A stretch of DNA of 64,000 nt from Ilumatobacteraceae bacterium (GTDB taxonomy: Bacteria; Actinomycetota; Acidimicrobiia; Acidimicrobiales; Ilumatobacteraceae). The notes under the pieces were generated by a model. It was not told the DNA's origin and did no database searches. It saw nothing but the letters and a program-made list of their open reading frames with translations. Positions 55,322 to 64,000 of this stretch are shown one piece after another. Within the stretch, counting starts at the first letter, position 1, and each line of letters begins with the position of its first letter. A program made the translations under genes and the position numbers. The stretch covers positions 383,140 through 447,139 of the forward strand of contig CAVQSV010000023.1 of NCBI GenBank assembly GCA_963716095.1. The letters run 5' to 3'.

Positions 55322-57034
55322 CTACTCGGCGTGTCCGACGACACGAGGAGCGGCGTCGGCCGCGTACGGGAACCAGCGCAGTGTCTCGAAGTCGGCGTTG
55401 GTCTCCAGCGTTGGCCGCGGCGGGTCGTGCTGGTGGCCGGCCCGGTGGAACAACTCGTGCGCGAATTCGAGATGGCGCGCCAGGTCGACCGGTTCGTTGC
55501 GGCGTCGATTCTCGTACTCGATCCGACCGGACGCGTAGGAGATCTCGTCCAGGCTCATCGACGGTCCGCGGGTGCCGAGCCGGTGATGCCACAGCCCACT
55601 GTCGGGCTCGAAGTCGTACTCGCCGAGAAGTGCAGCTCCGTGCGAGGCGATCATCGTCACCGCGTCGACGAGGTACTCGAACGTGGCGTCATCGATGAAG
55701 TAGTTGAAGTTGACACGCACCCAGCCGGGTTTGATGCCCTCGCAGCCACGGTTGATCTCACGCTGGAACTCGTGAGACCGTTCGAGGTCGATGCCGAGGA
55801 GGCGGTGGCCGTAGGGGCCGGCGCACGAGCAGCCGCCCCGCGATTGGATCCCGAACACGTCGTTGAGCAGCGCCACCACGTAGTTGTGGTGGAGGTGGCG
55901 ATCGCCGTGTCGGATCACGAACGACACGATCGACAACCGGTCGGCTTCGTGACTGCCGAGCACATTGATGTTCGGATGTTGCTCCCATCGAGCGATCGCC
56001 GTTCGTACGAACGCAGACTCTCGTGCCTCGATCACCTCGGGGCCGACGGCCTCCTTGAGCTGGAAGACGAGCCCCGCCCGGATCGACTCGATGATCGCGG
56101 GCGTCCCTGCCTCCTCGCGATGCTCGATCTCGGGGTGGTAATCGTGTTCGGCGGTGCTGACGTAGCGCACCGTTCCGCCGCCAGGAACGTCGGGCACTCG
56201 ATTCCCGAACAGCTCGCGGCGGGCAACGAGCACGCCGGGGGTGCCCGGGCCGCCGATCAACTTGTGCGGCGAGATGAACACTGCATCTTTGTAGGCCAGG
56301 TTGCCGTCGGCGCTCGATCCCATGTCGATCGGGACGTAGGGGGCGGCGGCCGCGTAGTCCCACAGCGACAGTGCGCCGTGCTGGTGCAGCAGCGTCGACA
56401 CCGCGACGGTGTCGGTGATGATGCCGGTGACGTTCGACGCTGCCGAGAACGACCCGATCAGGGTCGTGCGGTCGGCATGCCCGATCAGTTCGCGTTCGAG
56501 GTGTTCGAGGCTGACGTGGCCGTCGGCGTCCTCGTCGATGATCACGACGTCGGCGATCGACTCGCGCCACGGCAACTCGTTGGAGTGATGCTCGTACGGC
56601 CCGATGAACACCACCGGTCGCTCGGCGGCGGGGATCGATTCGCTCAGGTGGTAGCGGTCGTCGAGCGTGGAGGGGATCTTGAGCCCCAGTACGCCGAGCA
56701 GCTTGGCGATGGCATGGGTTGCGCCACTGCCGCAGAAGACCACGGCATGCTCGTCACGACGGGCACCCACACAGCGGGCGATGATCGCTCGGGCCTCCTC
56801 ACGCAGACGCGTCGTCTGCAGCCCGGTACCGGACGATTCGGTGTGGGTGTTCGCGTACAGCGGGAGGACCACGGTGCGGATGTAGTCCTCGATGAAGCTG
56901 AGCGAACGGCCCGACGCGGTGTAGTCCGCATAGATGATCGGCCGCGGACCATACGGCCCGTCGATCACGTCGTCTCGTCCGATCACCGACTCTCGCACGT
57001 AGGCGATCAGCTCCTCGACGTCGGTCGTTTCCAC
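55322..57034 (-). CDS. Aminotransferase class V-fold PLP-dependent enzyme (cysteine-desulfurase-like, 570 aa with C-terminal extension)
   Basis: IYADYTASGRSL..., ANTHTESS, FCGSGATHA, FISPHKLIGGPGTPGVL (PLP-Lys), RGGCSCAGPYGH. Start is GTG 57034. The rest of the 1285-aa track ORF is antisense to the ATPase gene. Confidence 0.8.
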   Translation of the reverse strand: METTDVEELIAYVRESVIGRDDVIDGPYGPRPIIYADYTASGRSLSFIEDYIRTVVLPLYANTHTESSGTGLQTTRLREEARAIIARCVGARRDEHAVVFCGSGATHAIAKLLGVLGLKIPSTLDDRYHLSESIPAAERPVVFIGPYEHHSNELPWRESIADVVIIDEDADGHVSLEHLERELIGHADRTTLIGSFSAASNVTGIITDTVAVSTLLHQHGALSLWDYAAAAPYVPIDMGSSADGNLAYKDAVFISPHKLIGGPGTPGVLVARRELFGNRVPDVPGGGTVRYVSTAEHDYHPEIEHREEAGTPAIIESIRAGLVFQLKEAVGPEVIEARESAFVRTAIARWEQHPNINVLGSHEADRLSIVSFVIRHGDRHLHHNYVVALLNDVFGIQSRGGCSCAGPYGHRLLGIDLERSHEFQREINRGCEGIKPGWVRVNFNYFIDDATFEYLVDAVTMIASHGAALLGEYDFEPDSGLWHHRLGTRGPSMSLDEISYASGRIEYENRRRNEPVDLARHLEFAHELFHRAGHQHDPPRPTLETNADFETLRWFPYAADAAPRVVGHAE

Positions 57035-57091
57035 GCCCCCAGTGAACCATCGAAACGGAACAGCGGGGCCCGACCCGTTCGTTTCATTACG

Positions 57092-59443
57092 ATGCGGCCC
57101 ACGATGGATTCCTCTCCCGCATCGACGTTGGAGCCGAGCGGGCTGACAGCGGCCGAAGTCGCCGAGCGCGTCGCGGCCGGGCAGGTGAACATCACCCCGG
57201 AACCTCCGGGGCGCACGTTCGGCCAGATCGTGGCATCGAACGTGTTCACGGTCGTCAACGCGATCATGCTGACCCTGTTCGTGTTGGTGCTGGTGTCGGG
57301 CAATCCGCAGGACGGGCTGTTCGTCGGCGTGGTGCTGGCCAACTCGGTGATCGGCGTCGTCCAGGAGGTGCGTGCCCGTCGCGAACTCAAGCGTCTCGAG
57401 GTGGTCACCGAGCCGCGGGCGGTGGTGGTCCGCGACGGTGCGGCGGTCGAGATCGCCTCCGACGAGATCGTGCTCGACGACGTGATCGAGTTGCGCCTCG
57501 GCGGTCAGGTCGCTGTCGACGGCGTGGTACTCGAGTCGACCGGTCTGCGCCTCGATGAATCGATGCTCACGGGCGAGTCGTTGGCCGTGCCCAAGCAGGT
57601 CGGCGACGAGGCGATGTCGGGCAGCTTCGTGGTCGCCGGCAACGGCAGCATCCGGGCCACGTCGGTGGGCGCCGACAGCTACGCCAGCACGCTCGCCACC
57701 GAGGCCAAGCAGTTCACCGCCGTCGAATCCCGCCTGCGTCGCGGCATCGACAAGATCCTGCGTTGGCTCACCGTGATCATCCCGGCGGCGTCGATCTTCT
57801 TGTTCGTCCGCCTGCTCGGGGCCGAAGACCGCTGGCAGGACGCGCTGCTCGGCACCGTCGCCGCCGCTGTCGCGATGGTGCCCGACGGTTTGGTCCTGCT
57901 GACCAGCCTGTCGTTCATGGCCGGCATGCTCGCGCTCGCCCGCCGCAACGCGCTTGCGAAGCAGCTCTCGACGGTCGAGGTGCTCGCTCGGGTCGACGTG
58001 TTGTGCCTGGACAAGACCGGCACGATCACCACCGGGGAGATCACCTTCGCAGCGGCGCACCCTGCGCAAGGTCGCAGCGCGGCCGAGGTCGATGAGGCGC
58101 TCGTAGCGCTTGCCGCATCCGATCGTGCGCCGAACGCCACCATGGCGGCGATCGCCGATGCGGTCGGAACCCAGTCGTCGTGGCAGGTCGACCGGGTCGA
58201 GCCGTTCGACAGTGAGCGCAAGTGGTCGGCGGCATCGTTCGTCGATCACGGCTGGCTCTATCTGGGCGCACCCGACTTCCTGCTCGCGAGCGACGACCCG
58301 GCCCGAGAACTCGTCGAGCGGCTCAGTTCCGGCGGGAAACGGTTGCTCGCCGTGGTCTCGTCCGACGACGGTCCCGACGACGACCGCCTCCCGCCCACGA
58401 GCCGCACCCTGGCGATCGTCGAACTCGAGGACGAGATACGTCCCGATGCCGCAGAGATCCTCGCCTACTTCGCCGAACAGGACGTGACGCTCAAGGTGAT
58501 CTCGGGCGACAACCATGAGACGGTGGCAGCGATCGCCGAGCGAGCCGGTCTCGACGTGATCGGCGAGCCGGTCGACGCCCGCGCCCTGCCGACCGACATC
58601 GACGAACTCGCGGACGTACTCGATGGCGCCACCGTGTTCGGACGGGTCAAACCGCAGCAGAAGCAGGCCATGGTGAAAGCCCTGCAGTCGCACGGCCACG
58701 TCGTCGCGATGACCGGCGACGGGGTCAACGACGTCCTCGCGCTCAAGGACGCCGACCTCGGCATCTCGATGGGCTCCGGGAGCGAGGCCACCAAGGCCGT
58801 TGCCGACCTGGTGCTCACCGACAACGCGTTCTCGAGCCTGCCGACGGTGGTCAACGAGGGCCGCAAGGTGATCAACAACGTCGAACGGGTCTCGAACCTG
58901 TTCGTCACCAAGGCCGCCTATGCGGTGCTGCTCACCTTCGCCGTGGGCTTGGTCGACAGCCCGTTTCCGTTCCTCCCTCGGCAGCTCACGCTGATCGGCA
59001 CGTTCAGTATCGGGGTGCCCGGCGTCTTCCTGGCGCTCGCCCCCGAGGCCGACCTGATTCGTCCGGGATTCCTGCAGCGGGTCCTGCGTTTCTCGATCCC
59101 CGCCGGCGTGATCGCCGGGTCGGCGACGTTGGCGGCCTACGAAGCCGCCCTCCACGTCGCCGACCTCGAACTCGATCAAGCGCGCACGCTCGCAACGGTC
59201 ACACTGCTGGCGATTGGACTGGTCGTGCTGGCGGTGACCAGCCGCCCGCTCGTCGCCTGGAAGCTCGGCCTCGTGGCCGCGATGGCCCTCGGTTACGTCG
59301 TGGTGTTCCTCGTGCCGTTCCTGCGTAACTACTTCCTCCTCGAGGTGTTCTGGGACACCGCGTGGTGGTATTCGGTCGCCGCCGTCGCAGTGGCCGGCTC
59401 GTTGATCGTCGCCATCCCCCGCGTCATGGGCTCGAAGCGATGA
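57092..59443 (+). CDS. Cation-translocating P-type ATPase (HAD-IC family)
   Basis: TGES (ESMLTGESL), CLDKTGTITTGE (DKTGT), MTGDGVNDVLALKDADLGISMG (GDGxND), with N- and C-terminal TM bundles. Start is ATG 57092 or 57104. Confidence 0.9.
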   Translation: MRPTMDSSPASTLEPSGLTAAEVAERVAAGQVNITPEPPGRTFGQIVASNVFTVVNAIMLTLFVLVLVSGNPQDGLFVGVVLANSVIGVVQEVRARRELKRLEVVTEPRAVVVRDGAAVEIASDEIVLDDVIELRLGGQVAVDGVVLESTGLRLDESMLTGESLAVPKQVGDEAMSGSFVVAGNGSIRATSVGADSYASTLATEAKQFTAVESRLRRGIDKILRWLTVIIPAASIFLFVRLLGAEDRWQDALLGTVAAAVAMVPDGLVLLTSLSFMAGMLALARRNALAKQLSTVEVLARVDVLCLDKTGTITTGEITFAAAHPAQGRSAAEVDEALVALAASDRAPNATMAAIADAVGTQSSWQVDRVEPFDSERKWSAASFVDHGWLYLGAPDFLLASDDPARELVERLSSGGKRLLAVVSSDDGPDDDRLPPTSRTLAIVELEDEIRPDAAEILAYFAEQDVTLKVISGDNHETVAAIAERAGLDVIGEPVDARALPTDIDELADVLDGATVFGRVKPQQKQAMVKALQSHGHVVAMTGDGVNDVLALKDADLGISMGSGSEATKAVADLVLTDNAFSSLPTVVNEGRKVINNVERVSNLFVTKAAYAVLLTFAVGLVDSPFPFLPRQLTLIGTFSIGVPGVFLALAPEADLIRPGFLQRVLRFSIPAGVIAGSATLAAYEAALHVADLELDQARTLATVTLLAIGLVVLAVTSRPLVAWKLGLVAAMALGYVVVFLVPFLRNYFLLEVFWDTAWWYSVAAVAVAGSLIVAIPRVMGSKR

Positions 59444-59478
59444 GCCGGCCCACCAGATCTGCGGGTTTCGCTCATCGC
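59437..59478. repeat. Palindromic intergenic repeat, family A copy 5
   Basis: GCGATGAGCcggcccaccagatctgcgggttTCGCTCATCGC. The ATPase stop TGA (59441-59443) lies inside the left arm. Confidence 0.85.
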
Positions 59479-59729
59479 TGAGGTCTGAACGAGGCAGATC
59501 TGCTGCAGCTCAGCAGCCGGCTGCGGGCGCGTCGATGTCGTCGTCGAGGGCGACGAGCGCATCGTCGAACGCTTCGAGGAGACCGGCGAACCACCGGCCA
59601 GCGCGGTGTAGTACGAACATGTCGACCACAGTCTGTCCGTTGGCAGGTGATTCCGCGGCATTTGTCGGGTGACATCCGCGCCCTTCGGATGGGACCAAAC
59701 GCCCTGGTCGGAACGACCCGGAACTCGGT

Positions 59730-62099
59730 TCAGTAGCTGCCCTCGGCACCACGGTCGATGCTGAGGAGCTGGATGAGATCCTCGTGCAGCTCCATCCAGA
59801 TGTCGTGGAACGAGCCGCACATGACACCGGTGAACATCTTTGTCTCGCCGTTGACGGCCCTGGCAGCTGCCCCCGTGAGCCGATGGCGGTACGCGGCAAA
59901 CCGTGGAACGGCTTCGGCGAATCCGTCGAGAATCGGAGCACACTCGGTGTTGAAGCGGTCGAGTTCGTCGAGCCGTTCGGCGTCGTAGGCGGCGTCGGTG
60001 TGGTCGTTCGGCTCGTCACCGCGCGTCTGCCACGCAGTGCAGAGTTCCTTGAGGCGAGTGTTCAGGCCCAGGAACGAGTCGTAGTGCGCACGCAGCCCGG
60101 TGCCGTGCGTCTGAGCGGCGTCGACGAGTTCGGCGCCGTGACGCTCCTTGCCTTCAGGGGTGAGCTGCCAGAGCTCGCGAGCCTCGAAGAATTTGGTGTG
60201 ACCGCTCTCGGCCAACTCCGTGAGCATCGCCGTGGTGCGATCGAGGGAGATCGTCGACAGTTCGGCAACGGTCGAAGCGGCGCTGAATCCCTTGATCCGG
60301 AGCGCGTGCAGCACGAGGAATCGGGCCTCGTCGTCATCGATCTCGCCGACCTCGGCTGCGGGTGCGCTGGCACTCGGTGCGGCGTGATCGTTGGCGACGT
60401 CGGCGGTGAGGCGGTCGATCTCCTCGTCGGGCACGCGGTCGGCGTCGAGGAGCGCTTGGGCCACAGCGAGTCGGGCGATCGGCACGCGGTAGGGCGAACA
60501 GCTGACGTAGTCGACGCCGGCGTCCACGAGGAATCGAACGGAACCCGGGTCGCCTGCCTGCTCGCCACAGATGCCGATCTTGATGTCGGGCTTCACGGCG
60601 CGCGCGTCGCGACACGTCATCTCGATCAGGCGGCCCACGCCTTCCCGGTCGAGTTGGTCGAACGGATTGAACGGCAAGACGCCCGCCTCGAGATAGGCGG
60701 GAAGCAACCGGACCTCGACGTCGTCGCGGCTGAACGCGAACGTCAGTTGGGTGAGGTCGTTGGTGCCGAACGAGAAGAAGTCGGCATGGGCGCTGAGTTC
60801 GGCGGCAACCAGTGCGGCTCGCGGGGTCTCGACCATCGCACCGATACTGACGGCGTCGAAGTCGGTGACCCCGGCCTCGTCGAGTGCGTCGAGCACCCAC
60901 TGGCGCGCCATCGCCAGTTCCTCGGCGCCCATGACCAGCGGGATCATGATCTCGACCTTCGGGTCGTTGCCGGCGGCCAGGGCTTCGCCAACGGCGCGGG
61001 CGAGCGCCCGAACCTGCATCTGGTAGACGCCGGGCTTGACCACGCCGAGTCGCACCCCGCGGGTGCCGATCATCGGGTTTGCTTCGCGCAGTCGACGCAC
61101 TGCGGCCAGCTCGGCGCGGGTGTCGTCGTCGAGGTTGCCGGTCGCCTCCGCGACGACGAGTCGCTCGTAGTCGGGGAGGAACTCGTGCAATGGCGGGTCG
61201 AGGAGTCGGACGGTGATCGGCAGGCCGTCCATCGCCGCGAGGATCGAGGCGAAGTCGGCTTGCTGCACGACGTCGAGTTCGTGCAGGACTTCGCGCTCAT
61301 GGGTCGGGTCGTCGCTGAGGATCAGCCGTCGGACCAGACGAAGGCGTTGTTCGGCGAGGAACATGTGCTCGGTTCGGCAGAGGCCGATGCCTTCGGCGCC
61401 GAGATGTCGGGCGTGGCTCGCGTCGTCGGCGGTGTCGGCGTTGGCGCGCACCCCTACGCGCCCGGCGCGAATCAGGTCGGCCCAGCGCAGCAGTGTCTCG
61501 AGCTCGGGAGGCGCCGGTCGGGTGGAAGCGACGACGGCACCCGCCATGACGTCTCCGCTTCGCCCGTCGATCGAGATCTCGGACCCGTCGGGATGGAAGT
61601 CGCCTGCGATTCGGACGCCGCCTTCGCAGACGACGACCTCAGCGGCGCCGACCACAGCGGGAATGCCCCAGCCCCGTGCGACCACCGCAGCGTGGCTGAC
61701 CAGACCACCGCGCGCGGTGAGAATGCCGCGCGCCGACTGCATTCCGAGTACGTCGTCGGGCGTCGTCTCGGTGCGCACGAGGATCACGTCGTGGCCGAGG
61801 TCGGCTGCTTCGACGGCCGCTTCGGCGCTGGTCACGATGCGTCCCGACGCTGCGCCCGGCGATGCGGGCAGTCCGGTGGTGAGGATGGTGTAGTCGCCGT
61901 CGGGGTCGAAGCGGGCGTGCATGAACGTCGAGAGTTCCGCGGCCGGCACCCGCAGGATGGCGTCCGCGACGGTGGTGTCGGTGAACGAGTCGCACGCCTC
62001 CGCCACGGCGGTGGCGATCAGCTCGCTGAGCTCGTCGCCTCCGACGTTCGAGTGAGGTGTTGGTTCGGTTGGTGCGGTCGGCGTCGACTGGTGTGGCAC
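59730..62099 (-). CDS. Pyruvate-phosphate-dikinase-like PEP-utilizing enzyme lacking the N-terminal ATP-grasp domain, with 237-aa C-terminal extension
   Basis: Start is GTG 62099 (AGGGGGA upstream). LPASPGAASGRIV...ILTARGGLVSHAAVVARGWG (phospho-His), GIGLCRTEHMF, FSFGTNDLTQ, IGICGEQAG, DYVSCSPYRVPIARLA. An extra domain follows (ARFLVLHALRIKGFSAASTVAEL...SFHDIWMELHEDL). Confidence 0.8.
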   Translation of the reverse strand: MPHQSTPTAPTEPTPHSNVGGDELSELIATAVAEACDSFTDTTVADAILRVPAAELSTFMHARFDPDGDYTILTTGLPASPGAASGRIVTSAEAAVEAADLGHDVILVRTETTPDDVLGMQSARGILTARGGLVSHAAVVARGWGIPAVVGAAEVVVCEGGVRIAGDFHPDGSEISIDGRSGDVMAGAVVASTRPAPPELETLLRWADLIRAGRVGVRANADTADDASHARHLGAEGIGLCRTEHMFLAEQRLRLVRRLILSDDPTHEREVLHELDVVQQADFASILAAMDGLPITVRLLDPPLHEFLPDYERLVVAEATGNLDDDTRAELAAVRRLREANPMIGTRGVRLGVVKPGVYQMQVRALARAVGEALAAGNDPKVEIMIPLVMGAEELAMARQWVLDALDEAGVTDFDAVSIGAMVETPRAALVAAELSAHADFFSFGTNDLTQLTFAFSRDDVEVRLLPAYLEAGVLPFNPFDQLDREGVGRLIEMTCRDARAVKPDIKIGICGEQAGDPGSVRFLVDAGVDYVSCSPYRVPIARLAVAQALLDADRVPDEEIDRLTADVANDHAAPSASAPAAEVGEIDDDEARFLVLHALRIKGFSAASTVAELSTISLDRTTAMLTELAESGHTKFFEARELWQLTPEGKERHGAELVDAAQTHGTGLRAHYDSFLGLNTRLKELCTAWQTRGDEPNDHTDAAYDAERLDELDRFNTECAPILDGFAEAVPRFAAYRHRLTGAAARAVNGETKMFTGVMCGSFHDIWMELHEDLIQLLSIDRGAEGSY

Positions 62100-62176
62100 G
62101 TTTCCCCCTGGTTCCGCGATGAAACTAACCGTTCGACCAATTGCGCGTGAAGGTCGAGGCGCGCGGTGTGGATCCG

Positions 62177-63391
62177 CTATCGGTTGAGGTCGACGGGGAT
62201 GTTGCGTGGTCCTCGGATCTGGCCGTTGGCCCACGTCGTCGGCTTGCTGGTGTCGAGCGCGTAGTCGGGGAAGGCCCGCAGCCACTCCTGGAACGCAATC
62301 GTGCACTCGAGTCGGGCGAGGTTCGACCCCACGCAGCGATGGATCCCCAACCCGAATGCGACGTGGCGGTTGTTCAGCCGGTCCATGTCGAACACGTCCG
62401 GGTTCTCGAACGCGTCGGGGTCGTGGTTGGCGGCGGGAAAGGTGAGCAGCATCTGATCGCCGGGGTGCACCGGGCAGCCGCCGATCTCGGTCTCGCCGAC
62501 CACCTTGCGCGCCATCGTGACCGGCGCGTAGTACCGCAGGACCTCCTCGGTGGCGGTGTTCCAGAGCAGATCGTCGTTGTCGGCTGCCACGAGGCGCGCC
62601 ACCTGATCGTTGTGCTGAGCGAAGTGCCAGAGCCCCGACCCGATCGCACTCCACGTGGTGTCGATGCCGGCGATGATCAGCAAGTTGATGTAGCCGACCT
62701 TGAGGTCCCAGTCGACCGGCTCGCCGTCGATCTCGGCGTTGGCGATCATCGTCAACATGTCGTCTTGCGGGTTGGCGAGGCGATCGTTGAGGAGCTGGTC
62801 GACGTAGTCCTTCATCTCGGTCGCCACGGCGATGCGAACCGCGTTGTCGCGGGGTCCGAACTGGAAGTTCCGGTGGATCCAGTCGCGAAAGAGATCGGCG
62901 TCGCCCTCGGGCAGGCCTGTGAGCTTGCAGATGCCGTGCACCGGGATGTGCTGCGAGTACTGCGCTGCGGCATCGGCGGTGTCGGCCCCGTCGAGGTCGG
63001 CGATCAGCTTGCGACAGAACTGCCGCAGGTCGTCCTCGAGGGGTGCGACGTTCTTCGGGCTGAACGCCGGGAGGAGCAGACGCCGGTGCCCGTGATGGTC
63101 GGGTGGGTCAGAGGTGATCGGCGGCGCCGGCCGGCGGGGCGCGTCGGGCCGGCCGACGTTGACCCAGATCGACGAGAAGTTCTCGGTGTCGTTCGCCACC
63201 GCGGCGACGGCTTCCATCGTGACCGGCATGAACGCCCGCCCGTAGCGTTCGGTGGTGGCGACCGGGCACTGCTCGCGCACCGAGTTCCAGATGTCGATCG
63301 CGTTCTCGCCCCATTGGTCGTCGAGCCAGTCCCAGTCGGTCAGCCAGTTCTCGACCGGCGGCATCTCCACGTGCTCAGCCCCATACGCCAC
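62177..63391 (-). CDS. Cytochrome P450
   Basis: 404 aa: heme loop FGLGIHRCVGSNLA, IIAGIDTTW (I-helix), EEVLRY (ExxR). Start is GTG 63391 with AAGGGGGA upstream. Confidence 0.9.
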   Translation of the reverse strand: MAYGAEHVEMPPVENWLTDWDWLDDQWGENAIDIWNSVREQCPVATTERYGRAFMPVTMEAVAAVANDTENFSSIWVNVGRPDAPRRPAPPITSDPPDHHGHRRLLLPAFSPKNVAPLEDDLRQFCRKLIADLDGADTADAAAQYSQHIPVHGICKLTGLPEGDADLFRDWIHRNFQFGPRDNAVRIAVATEMKDYVDQLLNDRLANPQDDMLTMIANAEIDGEPVDWDLKVGYINLLIIAGIDTTWSAIGSGLWHFAQHNDQVARLVAADNDDLLWNTATEEVLRYYAPVTMARKVVGETEIGGCPVHPGDQMLLTFPAANHDPDAFENPDVFDMDRLNNRHVAFGLGIHRCVGSNLARLECTIAFQEWLRAFPDYALDTSKPTTWANGQIRGPRNIPVDLNR

Positions 63392-63450
63392 AGCGATCCC
63401 CCTTCGTTGTCGTCATCGCAACGGTAGTCGCGAACCCACCCGCCATGCGG

Positions 63451-63604
63451 CCCCGGTCCCGGTCCCGGTCCCGAAAAAATGCGCGAACTGGGCCCACCCG
63501 CGGCACGTCTTGCGCACGTTTCGAGAGCGGGGAATCTGTCGGGGCGAAACGTGCGCAAGATCGTGCGGTCGCGACGTGCTCGTGCGCATTTTTCGGGGTG
63601 GGGT
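63451..63604. repeat. Family D long imperfect palindrome (~150 bp), copy 2, preceded by a (CGGTCC)x3 micro-tandem
   Basis: CCCGAAAAAATGCGCGA...GTCTTGCGCACGTTTCG...CGAAACGTGCGCAAGAT...GACGTGCTCGTGCGCATTTTTCGGGGTGGGG. The 3' ~30 nt are near-identical to copy 1. Confidence 0.85.
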
Positions 63605-64000
63605 CAGCCGGTGCGCCAGGCCTCGTCGACCGGGGGGACATCGGTGACCTGGACCTCGGGGCCGAGCGATGCTCCCACCAGCTCGAGCCGATCTCCACTC
63701 CAGAATCGGCCGGGGTCGTACCAGTTCGGTGGGCGGTCGGTGCCGAGCAGGCCCATCCGTTCGAAGGTGACCGCCACCAGTTCGGCGCAGAAGATGTCGT
63801 TGAGCGACACCTTGCGGCGGACTCGGCCGGCGAGCCAGTGGCCGGCGAGCGTGCGGGTGCTGGGAAACGCCCGACCGCTGTACTCGGCCACGACGGACAG
63901 GGCCTGGTTCTCCATCTCGGTGGTGGCGTCGACGTCGATCTCGCGGAACCATGGCTGCTGGCCGTACCGATTGGTCCACACGCTCACGGCGCGATCGAGC
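63604..64000 (-). CDS. Hypothetical protein, C-terminal part (possibly YiiX/C92-type permuted papain-like fold); 5' end beyond window
   Basis: The ORF is open to the window edge. ...SLNDIFCAELVAVTFERMGLLG...NWYDPGRFWSGD. The C-S/A-E-L-V context resembles the C92 catalytic Cys motif, but the call is weak. Confidence 0.4.
   Translation of the reverse strand, partial: LDRAVSVWTNRYGQQPWFREIDVDATTEMENQALSVVAEYSGRAFPSTRTLAGHWLAGRVRRKVSLNDIFCAELVAVTFERMGLLGTDRPPNWYDPGRFWSGDRLELVGASLGPEVQVTDVPPVDEAWRTG

Noticed and set aside
59510-59631. A 36-39-codon minus-strand ORF (VVDMFVLHRAGRWFAGLLEAFDDALVALDDDIDAPAAGC) with coding-like GC3 in the 286-bp gap downstream of the PPDK-like gene.
   Set aside because: It may be a gene remnant or a small protein. 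It has no SD, no recognisable family, and upstream codon bias decays quickly. The evidence is insufficient to call it.

Overview
High-G+C (by eye about two-thirds, not computed) chromosomal segment with Actinomycetota-type gene content: an F420-type LLM oxidoreductase, an MMPL transporter, a DinB/MDMPI-like protein, a LAL-type LuxR regulator, ECF and group-2/3 sigma factors, and two P450s. I call about 58 protein-coding genes. I recognised no rRNA, tRNA, CRISPR array, transposase, integrase or known defence genes. All family assignments come from motifs read by eye; no searches were run.

The gene content is ordinary metabolism plus many cation transporters: a seven-gene mrpABCDEFG operon, a CPA1/RCK K+/H+ antiporter, a P-type ATPase and trkAH. 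It also includes an (ATPase-permease)x2 ABC cluster and a PFOR/dihydroorotate-dehydrogenase-like pair.

Four things are not explained by ordinary annotation:
1. About seven ORF-breaking lesions are packed into about 3 kb (13.37-16.35 kb). They inactivate a Baeyer-Villiger monooxygenase, trkA (one nonsense codon and one frameshift), trkH (three frameshifts) and a lipoprotein. Isolated frameshifts also occur in a DUF389 gene and an M23 peptidase, while all the long ORFs elsewhere are intact.
2. At least five distinct families of palindromic intergenic repeats are present (REP/MITE-like, 30-150 bp, 18 copies). Several of them supply or overlap the stop codon of the upstream gene.
3. A pyruvate-phosphate-dikinase homologue lacks the whole ATP-grasp domain and carries a 237-aa C-terminal extension. 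It sits behind a P450.
4. An ECF sigma gene is translationally coupled to a tandem-VOC protein where an anti-sigma factor would normally be.

I do not see a convincing new defence or mobile system. The lesion cluster could be an assembly artefact and needs read-level checking.
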